Positions 18,091 to 27,424 of a DNA stretch of 64,000 nucleotides are shown here, piece after piece. Made by a program: the position numbers and the translations under genes. The stretch spans positions 50,982 to 114,981 of the forward strand of contig BJHQ01000005.1 in assembly GCA_014193115.1 (NCBI GenBank), in the 5' to 3' direction. Source of the stretch: Planctomycetota bacterium. GTDB taxonomy: Bacteria; Planctomycetota; UBA11346. Position 1 is the stretch's first letter; each line of letters begins with the position of its first letter. A model generated the notes under the pieces. The model saw nothing but the letters and a program-made list of their open reading frames with translations. It made no database searches and was not told the DNA's origin.

Positions 18091-19096
18091 AGCCGGCCAG
18101 GACCAGCTTGCCAGTGACGCCACCGGCTTTGATCTGGTCGTGGGCCTTCATCACGTTGGCGGCGGTGATCTGACCGAGGTTCGCGGTCATGGTCGAACGC
18201 AGCACGCCGGCATCGACCAGCGCGGAAACTTCGTCCAGCAGATGGCCCTGGGCAGCCAGGTCGTCGGTCGCGAACTGCGACCGGGTGAACATGAATTCCC
18301 AGTGCAATGAGCCGCTTTTTCGCTTCAGCAGCCGGGCATCAATGGATTGGGGGTCGTCGATCAGGGCGAGGTGCCCCTGGGGCGTCAGGGCCTCGACCAA
18401 CGCTGGGAAATGCTGCTGGCTGCCGGCGCAGGCCACGATCAGGTCGACCGTTGGGAAGCCCAAGGCCGTGAGCTGGGCGACCAGCGGCTGGGTGTGGTCG
18501 ATGACGTGATGGGCACCATGGGCCAGGACCCACTCCCGACCGGCCGGACGCGACGTCGTGGCGATGACGATGAGGGACGTCAGCCGCCGGGCGAGCTGGG
18601 TGAGGATCGATCCGACCCCGCCGGCGGCTCCGAGCACCAGCAGCGAGCGCTGCCGGCCCGATTTGCCCGGCGCCACGCCGAGCCGCTCGAAAAGCAGTTC
18701 CCAGGCGGTGATGGAGGTCAGCGGCAAGGCAGCGGCCGCGGCGAAATCCAAGGATTTCGGCTTGTGCCCGACCAGCCGCTCATCCACCGCGTGCAATTGG
18801 CTGTTCGCCCCGGGGCGATTCAAGGCACCGGCGTAGAAGACCTCGTCGCCGACTGAAAAACGCCGCACCGCTGCGCCGACCTTGACCACCATGCCGGCCG
18901 CATCCCAGCCGAGGATTTTGGTCTCCCCGGCCGGCGGCACGAACGATGGGCTGGGTCGGACCTTGGTGTCCACCGGATTGACCGAGATGGCGCGGACCTC
19001 GACCAGCAGATCGCGCTCGCCGGGAACCGGGTCGGGCACATCGGTGTCCACCAGGGCGGGGGCAGGAAGATCGCGATGGAATCCGACGGCGCGCAT
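18083..19096 (-). CDS. Zinc-type alcohol dehydrogenase / quinone oxidoreductase-like protein (MDR superfamily)
   Basis: LLVEVRAISVNPVDTKVR, LGWDAAGMVVKVG and the GAAGGVGS Rossmann motif, with YhdH/Qor-like length and layout. Confidence 0.75.
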   Translation of the reverse strand: MRAVGFHRDLPAPALVDTDVPDPVPGERDLLVEVRAISVNPVDTKVRPSPSFVPPAGETKILGWDAAGMVVKVGAAVRRFSVGDEVFYAGALNRPGANSQLHAVDERLVGHKPKSLDFAAAAALPLTSITAWELLFERLGVAPGKSGRQRSLLVLGAAGGVGSILTQLARRLTSLIVIATTSRPAGREWVLAHGAHHVIDHTQPLVAQLTALGFPTVDLIVACAGSQQHFPALVEALTPQGHLALIDDPQSIDARLLKRKSGSLHWEFMFTRSQFATDDLAAQGHLLDEVSALVDAGVLRSTMTANLGQITAANVMKAHDQIKAGGVTGKLVLAGWP

Positions 19097-19203
19097 AGGG
19101 TGCTCCTGGTACGATCGTTGTGGCCGTGATCGTGGTTGGAGGCGTCGTATGCAGCTTTCTTGGCCGGGATAGGGTGGGCTTGGTAGTGGCCGGCAGCGGT
19201 CGG

Positions 19204-19932
19204 TCAGGGTCGCAGGATCGGCAACACCTGGCTGGTCAGCCGGTTGAGCCAGACCTTCACCCGTTGGCGGTCGAGCAGCCCGAGGGTTGCCGGGTCCTTA
19301 TCGCTGCGATGGATCGCGGCCCAGAAACTGGTGCTGTGCTGGTCGATCAGGTGCATCGTCGACGGGTACAGTTTCGGCATGGTGATCCAGGTGGCGCCGA
19401 GCCGATCAGCTTCAATGCCGGCGGCAGAGGTCCGCACCCCGGCGAAATCATTGCCGCGACCTTCATTGAGAACCACCACCCAGGTGACCGCCGCTCCGAA
19501 TTGCTTGAGCGCCAGATCGAGGGTGAGGACCGCGTCATGGGAGTCGTCCATGACATGCCACAGCACGATCCGGTGGCCGCTGGCTGCCAGGACCTCGGCC
19601 AAGCCCGAGGCGGCGAACCACGTCTGGAGGGGGGCGAGGGTCTGCGCCGCCAGATCGACGATCACCTGGCGCGGTGGATCTTCGAGCAGCGGAGCGATCA
19701 CGTTGTCGAGGCTCTCGAACCGGTCGATCACCACCGGAGCCGCGAAATCGCTGTAGAATCGGCGGAAGCTTCCGTGGGACCGGTCGCTGTCGAAGCCGAG
19801 GAACGGAATCTGCTGGTCGATGCAGGTCTGGGCCACGACCCGGGCCAGGACCGACTTGCCGACGCCGCCTTTTTCCCCGCCGATGAAGTGGATAGACGCC
19901 ATGGAGCCTCCCGGAGTTGGTGCGGGTGGCAT
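19204..19932 (-). CDS. ParA/MinD-superfamily P-loop ATPase, TraL/MobD-like; alternative start at MASIHF (19902)
   Basis: Deviant Walker A SIHFIGGEKGGVGKS followed by an FDSD motif. About 240 aa, similar to conjugative TraL-type proteins. No other transfer genes are nearby. Confidence 0.5.
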   Translation of the reverse strand: MPPAPTPGGSMASIHFIGGEKGGVGKSVLARVVAQTCIDQQIPFLGFDSDRSHGSFRRFYSDFAAPVVIDRFESLDNVIAPLLEDPPRQVIVDLAAQTLAPLQTWFAASGLAEVLAASGHRIVLWHVMDDSHDAVLTLDLALKQFGAAVTWVVVLNEGRGNDFAGVRTSAAGIEADRLGATWITMPKLYPSTMHLIDQHSTSFWAAIHRSDKDPATLGLLDRQRVKVWLNRLTSQVLPILRP

Positions 19933-20008
19933 GGTTCAGGCACCGGGCCAAGCGCTATGCTGCACGACCCGGCAATGCGCCCTGGTTGTCCCCTCGTCTG
20001 GCCTCGGG

Positions 20009-20521
20009 TCAGCCATCGACCAGTCGGGGATCGGCCTGGCTGCGCAGCCAGCCGGCGACATCGCTGCTGGGCTGGAGCAGGGAAAAATCTGCGAAATCGA
20101 ACCCCGGAGCGACCGTGCAGCCGACCAGGGCGTGGTCGCCGACCGGCCGGGCTGCCTGCCAGGTTCCGGCTGGGACCACGGCTTGCGGAGTCCGGCCTGC
20201 ATCATCGACCGGGCCTAACCGGTGCACCTGGACCGGCTGGCCCGGCCCTGGGCAGCGCAGCAGTTCCAGATCGCCGCCTTCGTACCAGTTCCAGATTTCA
20301 TCCGAACGTACCAAGTGCCATCTGCTGCACTGACCAGCGGTGAGCAGATACCAGATGGCGGTCACCGCGGCGCGGGTTCCGCCATGGGCTGGAAGGGCAT
20401 GGGGTGAGCGGAACAGCTCTGCGTAATGCCCGCCTTCGGGGTGGGGTCTCAGGCCCAACTGGGCGATCAGCCCGGCTGCCCGCGACCCAGGAACCACGAT
20501 CTGGCTGGCGGCGCTGGTCAT
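20009..20521 (-). CDS. Cupin-fold protein, DUF985/Cupin_5 family
   Basis: GLIAQLGLRPHPEGGHYAELFRS...AIWYLLTAGQCSRWHLVRSDEIWNWYEGGDLELL. Start chosen at MTSAAS, just after the upstream gene's stop; the longer ORF extension is low-complexity. Confidence 0.65.
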   Translation of the reverse strand: MTSAASQIVVPGSRAAGLIAQLGLRPHPEGGHYAELFRSPHALPAHGGTRAAVTAIWYLLTAGQCSRWHLVRSDEIWNWYEGGDLELLRCPGPGQPVQVHRLGPVDDAGRTPQAVVPAGTWQAARPVGDHALVGCTVAPGFDFADFSLLQPSSDVAGWLRSQADPRLVDG

Positions 20522-20555
20522 GTCCCGAGTGTCGCCGGCCGCCGCGACCGATCCA

Positions 20556-21293
20556 TCACGCACGGGGGCCGTCGCGGTGCTCGACCCAGCGATCGTCAGC
20601 GTAGCGTTGCCCGAAGATCCGCTCGGCGGCGGCGGTCTCTGCTGGTGTCGGCCGATCCTCGACCAAGTGCATGGCGAAGGCTTCGGAGATGCCCTCCACC
20701 ACAGCGGCGGCCGCCGCTTCTGGGTCAAGCCCGCAACCAGCGGCGGAGGCCCCATCCCAGGGATTGCTCGCCAGCTTCAGACTGCCATGGACCAGGACCC
20801 TGGCGCCGCGGCGGCGGGCGGCCGAGCCGAGGACCTTCCCGCCATCCACCGCCAGCAGGTCGTCGGTCGCAGGCGACGCGAAACAACGCGGCTCGTCGCG
20901 GTAGCGGCGGTCGCCAACGCTGGTCGGCTGTCGGCGGAGCCTGCCTCCACGACCCTCGACTGATGCTTGGATCGCCTGATGCAGGCGATGATACAGCTCG
21001 GCCGGCCGCTCCGGAACCACGCCGATATCGGCGGCCAGGGCATAGGTGACCTCCTGTTCATGCCAGATGGCTCCTCCGCCGGTGATCCTCCGCACCAGAT
21101 CGATGCCGGCTGGTAATTGCCTACGGATCGGGGCCGCCTCCTGAAAATACCCCAAGGACACGGCCGGAGGTTCCCATCGATACAACCGCAGCACCGCACC
21201 GGTGGATGCCTCCAGCAGGGCCTCATCCCAGGCCATCTGGACCGCTCCCGCGGTCGCGGTGGTCGGCAGCAGCCGACATCTGATCCGTGACAT
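20556..21293 (-). CDS. Lipoate-protein ligase / octanoyltransferase family protein (BPL_LplA_LipB domain)
   Basis: N-terminal AVQMAWDEALLE, then LYRWEPPAVSLGYFQ and ...RRITGGGAIWHEQEVTYAL, consistent with the LplA/LipB catalytic domain. Confidence 0.65.
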   Translation of the reverse strand: MSRIRCRLLPTTATAGAVQMAWDEALLEASTGAVLRLYRWEPPAVSLGYFQEAAPIRRQLPAGIDLVRRITGGGAIWHEQEVTYALAADIGVVPERPAELYHRLHQAIQASVEGRGGRLRRQPTSVGDRRYRDEPRCFASPATDDLLAVDGGKVLGSAARRRGARVLVHGSLKLASNPWDGASAAGCGLDPEAAAAAVVEGISEAFAMHLVEDRPTPAETAAAERIFGQRYADDRWVEHRDGPRA

Positions 21294-21367
21294 CAGGTCC
21301 GGTTGTCACGGCCGATCCGGTACCTACAAGACCCGGACGCGGCCGGCAAACCGCAGGAGTTCAGCCC

Positions 21368-22957
21368 ATGTCCAAGGACGTGATCATCTCTGGCATCGTC
21401 GTGGTGCTGTGCATGGGATTGGTGGTCATCGCCTTCACCGTGGGGTCGCCACCGAACCGCAGCCCATCGCCCGGACCGCTGGCCCAGAACGATGATTTCG
21501 GAGTGCCTCCGCCAGGCCCGAATCCCGGAACCAGTCCTGGATTCAGCATCGATCGGACGCCGCCTCCGTTGGATCCGCTTGGCAGACCCGGGCCGCCGAG
21601 TGCGCCGGCGCCGCTGCCGCAGAACGATTTCGGCTCATTCCCGCCAGCTCCTGCCCCGGGCACCGCGCCAGGCGGATTCCAGAGCTTCCCGCTCGACCCG
21701 ATCCCGACGGTCGCACCGGCTCCGATCGCAGCACCGGCTCCGATCGCAGCACAGGAGTCGGCGTTCGGAGTGCCGCAGGTTGCGCCAACCGCAGTGGTTC
21801 CTGCCTCTGCGCCGACGGCGGCCACCACCCATACCATCGCCAAAGGTGAGACCCTCGGCGACATCAGCACACATTACTACAAGACCAGCAAGCAGTGGAA
21901 GAAGATCGCCGACGCGAACCCGTCCATCGATCCATCCAGGTTGAAGGTCGGAACCGTTCTGAACATTCCTGGCGCCGAGAGCGGGGGCGCGGATGAACGC
22001 GCGCCGAGCGTGGCGCAAGGCACCACCTACAAGGTTCAAAAGGGCGATTCGTATTATTCCATCGCTGGTCGCCAGCTTGGCGATAAGGGCCGCTGGAAGG
22101 AACTTGAACAGCTCAACAAGATTCCCGCCGAAGAATTGCTGCCGGGCATGACGATCAAACTTCCGTCGAAGGATCATGGCAAGGTCGCCGGCGCCGATGT
22201 GTGGGTGGTCCGCGCTGGCGACACGCTGGGCGAGATCAGCCAGCAGCACTACGGCACGACCCAGCAGTGGCAGGCCATTGCCGAGGCCAATCCGGGGATC
22301 AATCCGGAAGATCTCAAGGTCGGTCAGCGTCTGCACCTGCCCAAGGTCGAGGTGTCGAATGTCCATGTCGTCGCCAAGGGCGATACTTTGGGCGAGATCA
22401 GCCAGCAGCACTACGGCACGTCGAAAAAGTGGCAGGACATCGTCAAGGCCAATCCCGGCCTTGATCCCGAAGGCTTGAAAGTCGGACAGAAGCTGATCAT
22501 CCCCGGAAAGACCAAAGTCGCCGCTGAGCACGCCCATTCCGCCGCCGCACACGCGGCTGGCGACTACGTCGTCGAGAAGGGCGACACCTTCGGCACGATC
22601 GCGGCTAAGCTGCTCGGTTCGGCCCAGCGCGCCAAGGAGATCGCCGAGGCCAATCCGGGCGCCGACAGCAGCCAGCTGCGCATTGGCCAACGGTTGGTGA
22701 TCCCTGGTCGGTCCACGGCTGCCCTCGGCGGCTCGTCGACACAAGGCACTCCTGGCGGCGCTCCTGCGCTCGGCGGCGCTCCGGTGCTCGGCGGTGCTCA
22801 GCCGCAGGGCGGCGGTCCGGGCACTCCGGTGGTTCCACCCAGGCCGGAGATCGTTGTACCCCCGGAGGACCTGTTCGAGCCGATCCCGGTGGTTGCTCCG
22901 CGCCCTGCGCCTGGAGCAGTCTCGGCGCCGTCCCCAGCAGGATTCAGCCTGCAATAA
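21368..22957 (+). CDS. Membrane-anchored, Pro-rich protein with five LysM domains; alternative upstream start at 21287
   Basis: TM helix ISGIVVVLCMGLVVIAF. Five copies of the LysM pattern (e.g. HTIAKGETLGDISTHYYKTSKQWKKIADANP...LKVGTVLNIPG). Pro/Ala-rich linkers. Confidence 0.75.
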   Translation: MSKDVIISGIVVVLCMGLVVIAFTVGSPPNRSPSPGPLAQNDDFGVPPPGPNPGTSPGFSIDRTPPPLDPLGRPGPPSAPAPLPQNDFGSFPPAPAPGTAPGGFQSFPLDPIPTVAPAPIAAPAPIAAQESAFGVPQVAPTAVVPASAPTAATTHTIAKGETLGDISTHYYKTSKQWKKIADANPSIDPSRLKVGTVLNIPGAESGGADERAPSVAQGTTYKVQKGDSYYSIAGRQLGDKGRWKELEQLNKIPAEELLPGMTIKLPSKDHGKVAGADVWVVRAGDTLGEISQQHYGTTQQWQAIAEANPGINPEDLKVGQRLHLPKVEVSNVHVVAKGDTLGEISQQHYGTSKKWQDIVKANPGLDPEGLKVGQKLIIPGKTKVAAEHAHSAAAHAAGDYVVEKGDTFGTIAAKLLGSAQRAKEIAEANPGADSSQLRIGQRLVIPGRSTAALGGSSTQGTPGGAPALGGAPVLGGAQPQGGGPGTPVVPPRPEIVVPPEDLFEPIPVVAPRPAPGAVSAPSPAGFSLQ

Positions 22958-23229
22958 GGCTTCATTGTTCTGCGCGCCAGCCAGGCACGGTGCGCTCTGA
23001 GCAGTCGCAGGCTGTGCGAGGGAACCGCAGGCTGGTTGAAGGAGCGGTTCAATCCCAACGCAGACAACTCGAACGGGCTGGCGTCAGTTGGACTGCGTTT
23101 CCATGCGAAGCAGAGGAAACGAGAGCGTTCTGCTGCGTCTCGACGAAGAACTGGGACTCACGGTCTAACGCCGCCAGACGCCGCCTCAGCGCAGTGTAAT
23201 GATACGAAAATAACGCTAAACCTGGTCGG

Positions 23230-25206
23230 TTACGGCGCGCCGGCCGCCCAGGGCCAGCACCGTCCGCCGGCCACCAGGCCCTGTCGGGTGGCCACTGGCG
23301 GCTCGTGCTGGTTCAGCAAGTCCGCCGGCAAGGCCACCGGCCGCATCCCGGGCCAGACAGCCGCGGTACCATCTGTGAACGCGATGACCGCCTCGCGACC
23401 CAGGCCCGCCACCCATCGCGCTGGACGAGGCAGCGCAGCGCTCGTCTCGCCCGTAGGCGACAGGACCTCGATCCGGGTACCGACACCGAGCGGTCCGACC
23501 TGGACCAGGGCGGGGAGGCTGGTCAGCACCGCCACCTGGCTGGCGATCAGGGTCAGCTGGCTCGGGCGAAGGTCGGCGAGGCAGACACCGCTGCCGGCGT
23601 CGAGGACCAGCGCTCGGCCCTCGCCCTCGCTGACCACCACCGCTTGACCGCGGATCTCGATCCCGACCACCGGCGCCGCCAGGAAACCGCCAGCATCCCA
23701 GGACGAACGCCAGCGGCCCGGAGCGTCGATCACGATCTGGTCGCGGCCGCGACGCAGCACCAGCCCCAACGGTTCTTGGCTCCACGGCTCGGACACGGAG
23801 CGGACCGGACCGCTGCCAGCGGTCTGTGGAACGTCTCCTGAATGCTGATTCAGGCGCCAGCCGCGGGAGGTCAGGCGATGACGCCAGGCGGAGGAATCCC
23901 GCCACAAGGCATCGGCCGGATCCAGGCTGATCTCCCAGTCGCTTTCGCCCAAGGCGGATAGCTGCGCTGGATCGATCCGCCGCTGTCCGGCAACCACCGG
24001 CGCGCGGGCGGCCGCGAGCAGGGCGCGGTCGCGGGGCGTCCGTGCAAGCCGGTCGAGGGCCGGATCGTTGGCCTGGGACATGCCCAGAGCCGCCCGCAGC
24101 CCGAGTCCTCCAGCGCTGGAAACCGCTGCGAAATGCCGCGCCGACAGGTTGGTGCGATCACGTTCGGTTTCCTCGGCCAAAGAATCCGCGAGGGACGGGA
24201 CCCGCCACCACGAGGTCCCATCACCCAGGCTGATGCCGCTGCGATCCTCCGTGAGCCGCCAACCACCATCCACGGGCAGACCGTGATCGACGATGCCTGC
24301 TACAGCTGCGCCGACGCTGCGGGCCATGGTGGTCCGTCCCAGCCACCACGCGTGCAGACCGTGGATCAGCGGTGCGGCCAGCGGCGGTTCGGGCAGGACC
24401 AGGCGGAGTACTTCGCCCGTGTCCAGATCCGATCTCCAAGCGACCGGGCTTCCCTGGAGGTTGAACCAGACGCCGCCACCGCCCACCGCCACCGGCAGGA
24501 TGGCCTGGGACATGGCGGGTAGGGGCGGCAATCGGCGGAGCGATCCGTCGGCATCGACGATCCGGGCCGAGCGCTCCCCAGCCAAGACAGCGGCGCCGGC
24601 GCCGGTCAGCACCCGCTCGCCCGGGGCGCGGCGGATCTGCCAGGCGATGCGGCCATCGGCGCCAAGCCGGAGCAGCCAGTGGGCAGTGATCCGCCAGCCG
24701 GCTGCGTCTCGGCTGAGAACAGGTGGACGGGATGCGGCCAACGGAAGGCCCGGCTCAGGCAGTTCGCCGGCACCGCTCCAGCCGGCCAGCGCCAAGGCCA
24801 CCGCCCGCCGCGGGTCGCTCGCGCCAGACCACAGCTGATCGAGGAAATCCTCGAAACGTCCGCGGTCGAAGGCGCGGTCAGCGGCGCGTTGGGGGACGCA
24901 ACCAGCCAGGGCCTGCTCGACGGCAGCCAGGGCCGGCGGATGCCGTTCCGCCGCCGCCGGCAGCAGCCTGGCCCATTGCCGATACAGGTCGGGTTGGAGC
25001 GGATCGGGCAGCGCTGCGCCGCCGACCAGGGTCTCGGGCGGAAGCGCGAGCAGCGGAGCTGGATCGCCTCGGCGCAGCGCTTGCAGCACCGCCACCGCCG
25101 CCGCCGCCTGGGGACCAGCGACTGGCAGTACGGCCACCTCGCTGGCGCCGGCTTGAAGGAGCACCGAGGCTGCGGCGAGCCAGGTCCACAAGGTCGCCCG
25201 GTCCAT
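23230..25206 (-). CDS. Hypothetical secreted protein, 658 aa, Ala/Arg/Leu-rich, co-directional with and downstream of an ECF sigma gene
   Basis: Long ORF with N-terminal signal-like helix TLWTWLAAASVLLQAGASE. No recognisable domain and no cytoplasmic anti-sigma domain. Confidence 0.5.
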   Translation of the reverse strand: MDRATLWTWLAAASVLLQAGASEVAVLPVAGPQAAAAVAVLQALRRGDPAPLLALPPETLVGGAALPDPLQPDLYRQWARLLPAAAERHPPALAAVEQALAGCVPQRAADRAFDRGRFEDFLDQLWSGASDPRRAVALALAGWSGAGELPEPGLPLAASRPPVLSRDAAGWRITAHWLLRLGADGRIAWQIRRAPGERVLTGAGAAVLAGERSARIVDADGSLRRLPPLPAMSQAILPVAVGGGGVWFNLQGSPVAWRSDLDTGEVLRLVLPEPPLAAPLIHGLHAWWLGRTTMARSVGAAVAGIVDHGLPVDGGWRLTEDRSGISLGDGTSWWRVPSLADSLAEETERDRTNLSARHFAAVSSAGGLGLRAALGMSQANDPALDRLARTPRDRALLAAARAPVVAGQRRIDPAQLSALGESDWEISLDPADALWRDSSAWRHRLTSRGWRLNQHSGDVPQTAGSGPVRSVSEPWSQEPLGLVLRRGRDQIVIDAPGRWRSSWDAGGFLAAPVVGIEIRGQAVVVSEGEGRALVLDAGSGVCLADLRPSQLTLIASQVAVLTSLPALVQVGPLGVGTRIEVLSPTGETSAALPRPARWVAGLGREAVIAFTDGTAAVWPGMRPVALPADLLNQHEPPVATRQGLVAGGRCWPWAAGAP

Positions 25207-25328
25207 GGGTCAATCCTGCGGTCCAGGACCGGCCAAGGCCAGCCCAGGGAATCGGCTGCGGGATCTGGTCATGCGCAGGCGAGCGGCAGACAGCGCCAGC
25301 CAGCGGCAACCTCCGCGCAGCCAGCTGC

Positions 25329-25865
25329 TCACGACTCCCAATTCGGGTCCCGTTCCAGTCGTTCCTGGAGCGCAGCCCGGGCCCGTTGCAGCCGCTTCTC
25401 AGCCGTGCCCGAGCTCAGTCCGAGGGTCGCGGCGATGCCGTCGACGTCGAGACCGGCCTCGTATTTCAAGGCCAGGATCGCCCGTTGGTCGGGGTCGAGC
25501 TTGGTCAGGTGGACCCTCACCAGGTCGAGGCGCGGATCTTCGATCTCGTCGATCGGCGCCACCACCTGCGAGACCGATTCCTGGGAGGGCCGGTCGCGCT
25601 GCATCCGGCGCATCGTGACCAGGGCCTCGTTGCGGACGATCGAGGACAACCACGGGGCGTAGCGTCCCGGCTCGGACAATTCGCCCAGACGATCATAAGC
25701 CTTCAAAAAAGCTTCTTGGACCGCGTCGTCGGCGAGGGGATCCCGGCCGATGATCGCATGGGCGATCGCCCTGGCCCGTCGCAGGTGGCGCGCCACCAGG
25801 GCTTCATAGGCGGAGCGTTCCCCATTCAGGGTGCGTTCCACCAGGGCGGCGTCGATCTCATCCAT
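25329..25865 (-). CDS. ECF-type RNA polymerase sigma factor
   Basis: Region 2 (DAVQEAFLKAYDRLGELSEPGRYAPWLSSIVRNEAL) and region 4 (RAILALKYEAGLDVDGIAATLGLSSGTAEKRLQRARAAL). Confidence 0.8.
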   Translation of the reverse strand: MDEIDAALVERTLNGERSAYEALVARHLRRARAIAHAIIGRDPLADDAVQEAFLKAYDRLGELSEPGRYAPWLSSIVRNEALVTMRRMQRDRPSQESVSQVVAPIDEIEDPRLDLVRVHLTKLDPDQRAILALKYEAGLDVDGIAATLGLSSGTAEKRLQRARAALQERLERDPNWES

Positions 25866-26030
25866 GGGCGGCGATGGAGCCTATCCTGGACTTGGGCTTA
25901 CAAGCCTTGGCAGGTTCCGCCACGGCGGTCCCTGGCTGACATGGGAACGAAATTTGTGTACCCATCGAGTGAGTCACCCGGTGTGACACCCGCCATGCAA
26001 CGACTGGAACGCCCTCAGGTGCCAGATACC

Positions 26031-27398
26031 ATGTCACAAACCATGTCCTCCTCCGTTTTGCGCTCGCCGGGCGACCCTTACCAGGTCGTCGACAATTTCA
26101 CGGTGCTCAAGCAGCTCGGGGCAGGCGCCATGGGCGAGGTCTTCCTCGCCCGTGAATCGTTGACCAATCGCACGGTGGCGCTGAAGCTGATGGCCGCGAA
26201 GTATTCGAAGGATGAGCAATACCGCAAGCGCTTCGAGCGAGAGATCCACGTCGTCGCCCAGCTCGAACACCCCAATGTCGCAGGCTATGCCGGACACGGC
26301 GAGTGGAACGGCCGGCCCTATCTGGCGGTCGAATACATCCCCGGGGCAACCTTGTCGGACTTCATCCGCGGCGGTAAGCGCCTGGAGGAAGACCTGGCCC
26401 TGGCCATCGCCATCCAGATCGCCCAGGGATTGAACTATGCCCACCAGCGCTGCGACCTGATCCATCGCGACATCAAACCAGGAAATCTGCTCGCTGATTT
26501 GCATGGCGCCAAGCAGTTCACTGACGAAGCGACGATCAAGATCATCGATTTCGGTCTGGCCCGGGCCCGGGCCGCCCATGACAGCCTGAATTATGACTTG
26601 GGCAGCGGCGGCACCGAGGTCGGCATCGAGGATGCCGGGGAACGGTTCCAGACCATCGACCAGCAGGAATTGGCAGCCCTGGGCCAGCAGGCCAACGGCG
26701 GACTGACCTTGGCCGGTCAGGTCATGGGAACCCCGAATTACATGTCGCCGGAACAGTGCCGCGGAGAAAACGAGCTGACGTTCAGCTCGGATCTCTATGC
26801 CCTTGGCGCGACCTTGTTCCATCTGATCACCGGCCGGGCGCCATTCATCGCCCGTACGCCAGGCATGGTCATCGTCGCCCATATCACAGAACCTGCGCCA
26901 GATCCCGGAGCGATCATCCGGACCCTGCGCCCGGCGACCCGTGAGCTGATCATCCGCGCCATGGGCAAGCAACCCAAGGATCGACATCGCAGCTACGAAT
27001 TATTCATCGCTGCCGCGGTCGGTGCGCGCAAGCTGCTCCACATGGGCCAGGCCCAGCGAGCGGCTCCGCCGGCGCCGGCCCAGCGCCGGATGTCGGGGGA
27101 GGACTTCCAGGGCATGATCGAGGAAGTCGCAAGTGATCTCCCACAAGGCCGACAGCTGAGCGGCGCTGACGCGCTGCGCGAGATCAGCACCCGGATGATC
27201 CGGCGCAACCAGCCGACGTCCGGCCTCCATCGCCGGTCCCAGGAACCGCCCGATCAGCAGGCCGCGCAGCCGCCGACGCCGCGCTTCGCCATACCGCGGC
27301 CGGAAGAGCAGCCCGCGAAGCCAGACCAGGCTCCGGTCAAGCCTGCAAACAAAACGTCATCCTTTTTCAGGAAATTGCTCAAACCACCGGGAGGATGA
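26031..27398 (+). CDS. Hanks-type Ser/Thr protein kinase, cytoplasmic, with a Pro/Gln-rich C-terminus; alternative start at 25941
   Basis: Gly-rich loop LGAGAMGEV with VALK, catalytic loop HRDIKPGNLL, DFG, and activation-loop end GTPNYMSPE. No TM segment. Confidence 0.8.
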   Translation: MSQTMSSSVLRSPGDPYQVVDNFTVLKQLGAGAMGEVFLARESLTNRTVALKLMAAKYSKDEQYRKRFEREIHVVAQLEHPNVAGYAGHGEWNGRPYLAVEYIPGATLSDFIRGGKRLEEDLALAIAIQIAQGLNYAHQRCDLIHRDIKPGNLLADLHGAKQFTDEATIKIIDFGLARARAAHDSLNYDLGSGGTEVGIEDAGERFQTIDQQELAALGQQANGGLTLAGQVMGTPNYMSPEQCRGENELTFSSDLYALGATLFHLITGRAPFIARTPGMVIVAHITEPAPDPGAIIRTLRPATRELIIRAMGKQPKDRHRSYELFIAAAVGARKLLHMGQAQRAAPPAPAQRRMSGEDFQGMIEEVASDLPQGRQLSGADALREISTRMIRRNQPTSGLHRRSQEPPDQQAAQPPTPRFAIPRPEEQPAKPDQAPVKPANKTSSFFRKLLKPPGG

Positions 27399-27424
27399 CG
27401 GCACCACCAAGCCAACGCCAGAGC

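Noticed and set aside
20222-20755. N-terminal extension of the cupin ORF (248-aa call)
   Set aside because: The extension is Pro/Ser-rich low complexity and overlaps the lipoate-ligase gene. The cupin domain starts at MTSAAS (20521), right after the upstream stop.
21635-22954. 439-aa minus-strand ORF
   Set aside because: Antisense to the five-LysM protein gene.
24723-26030. 5' extension of the kinase ORF (891-aa call)
   Set aside because: The extension is antisense to the ECF sigma gene and the 658-aa gene. The kinase domain begins ~20 aa after the ATG at 26031.
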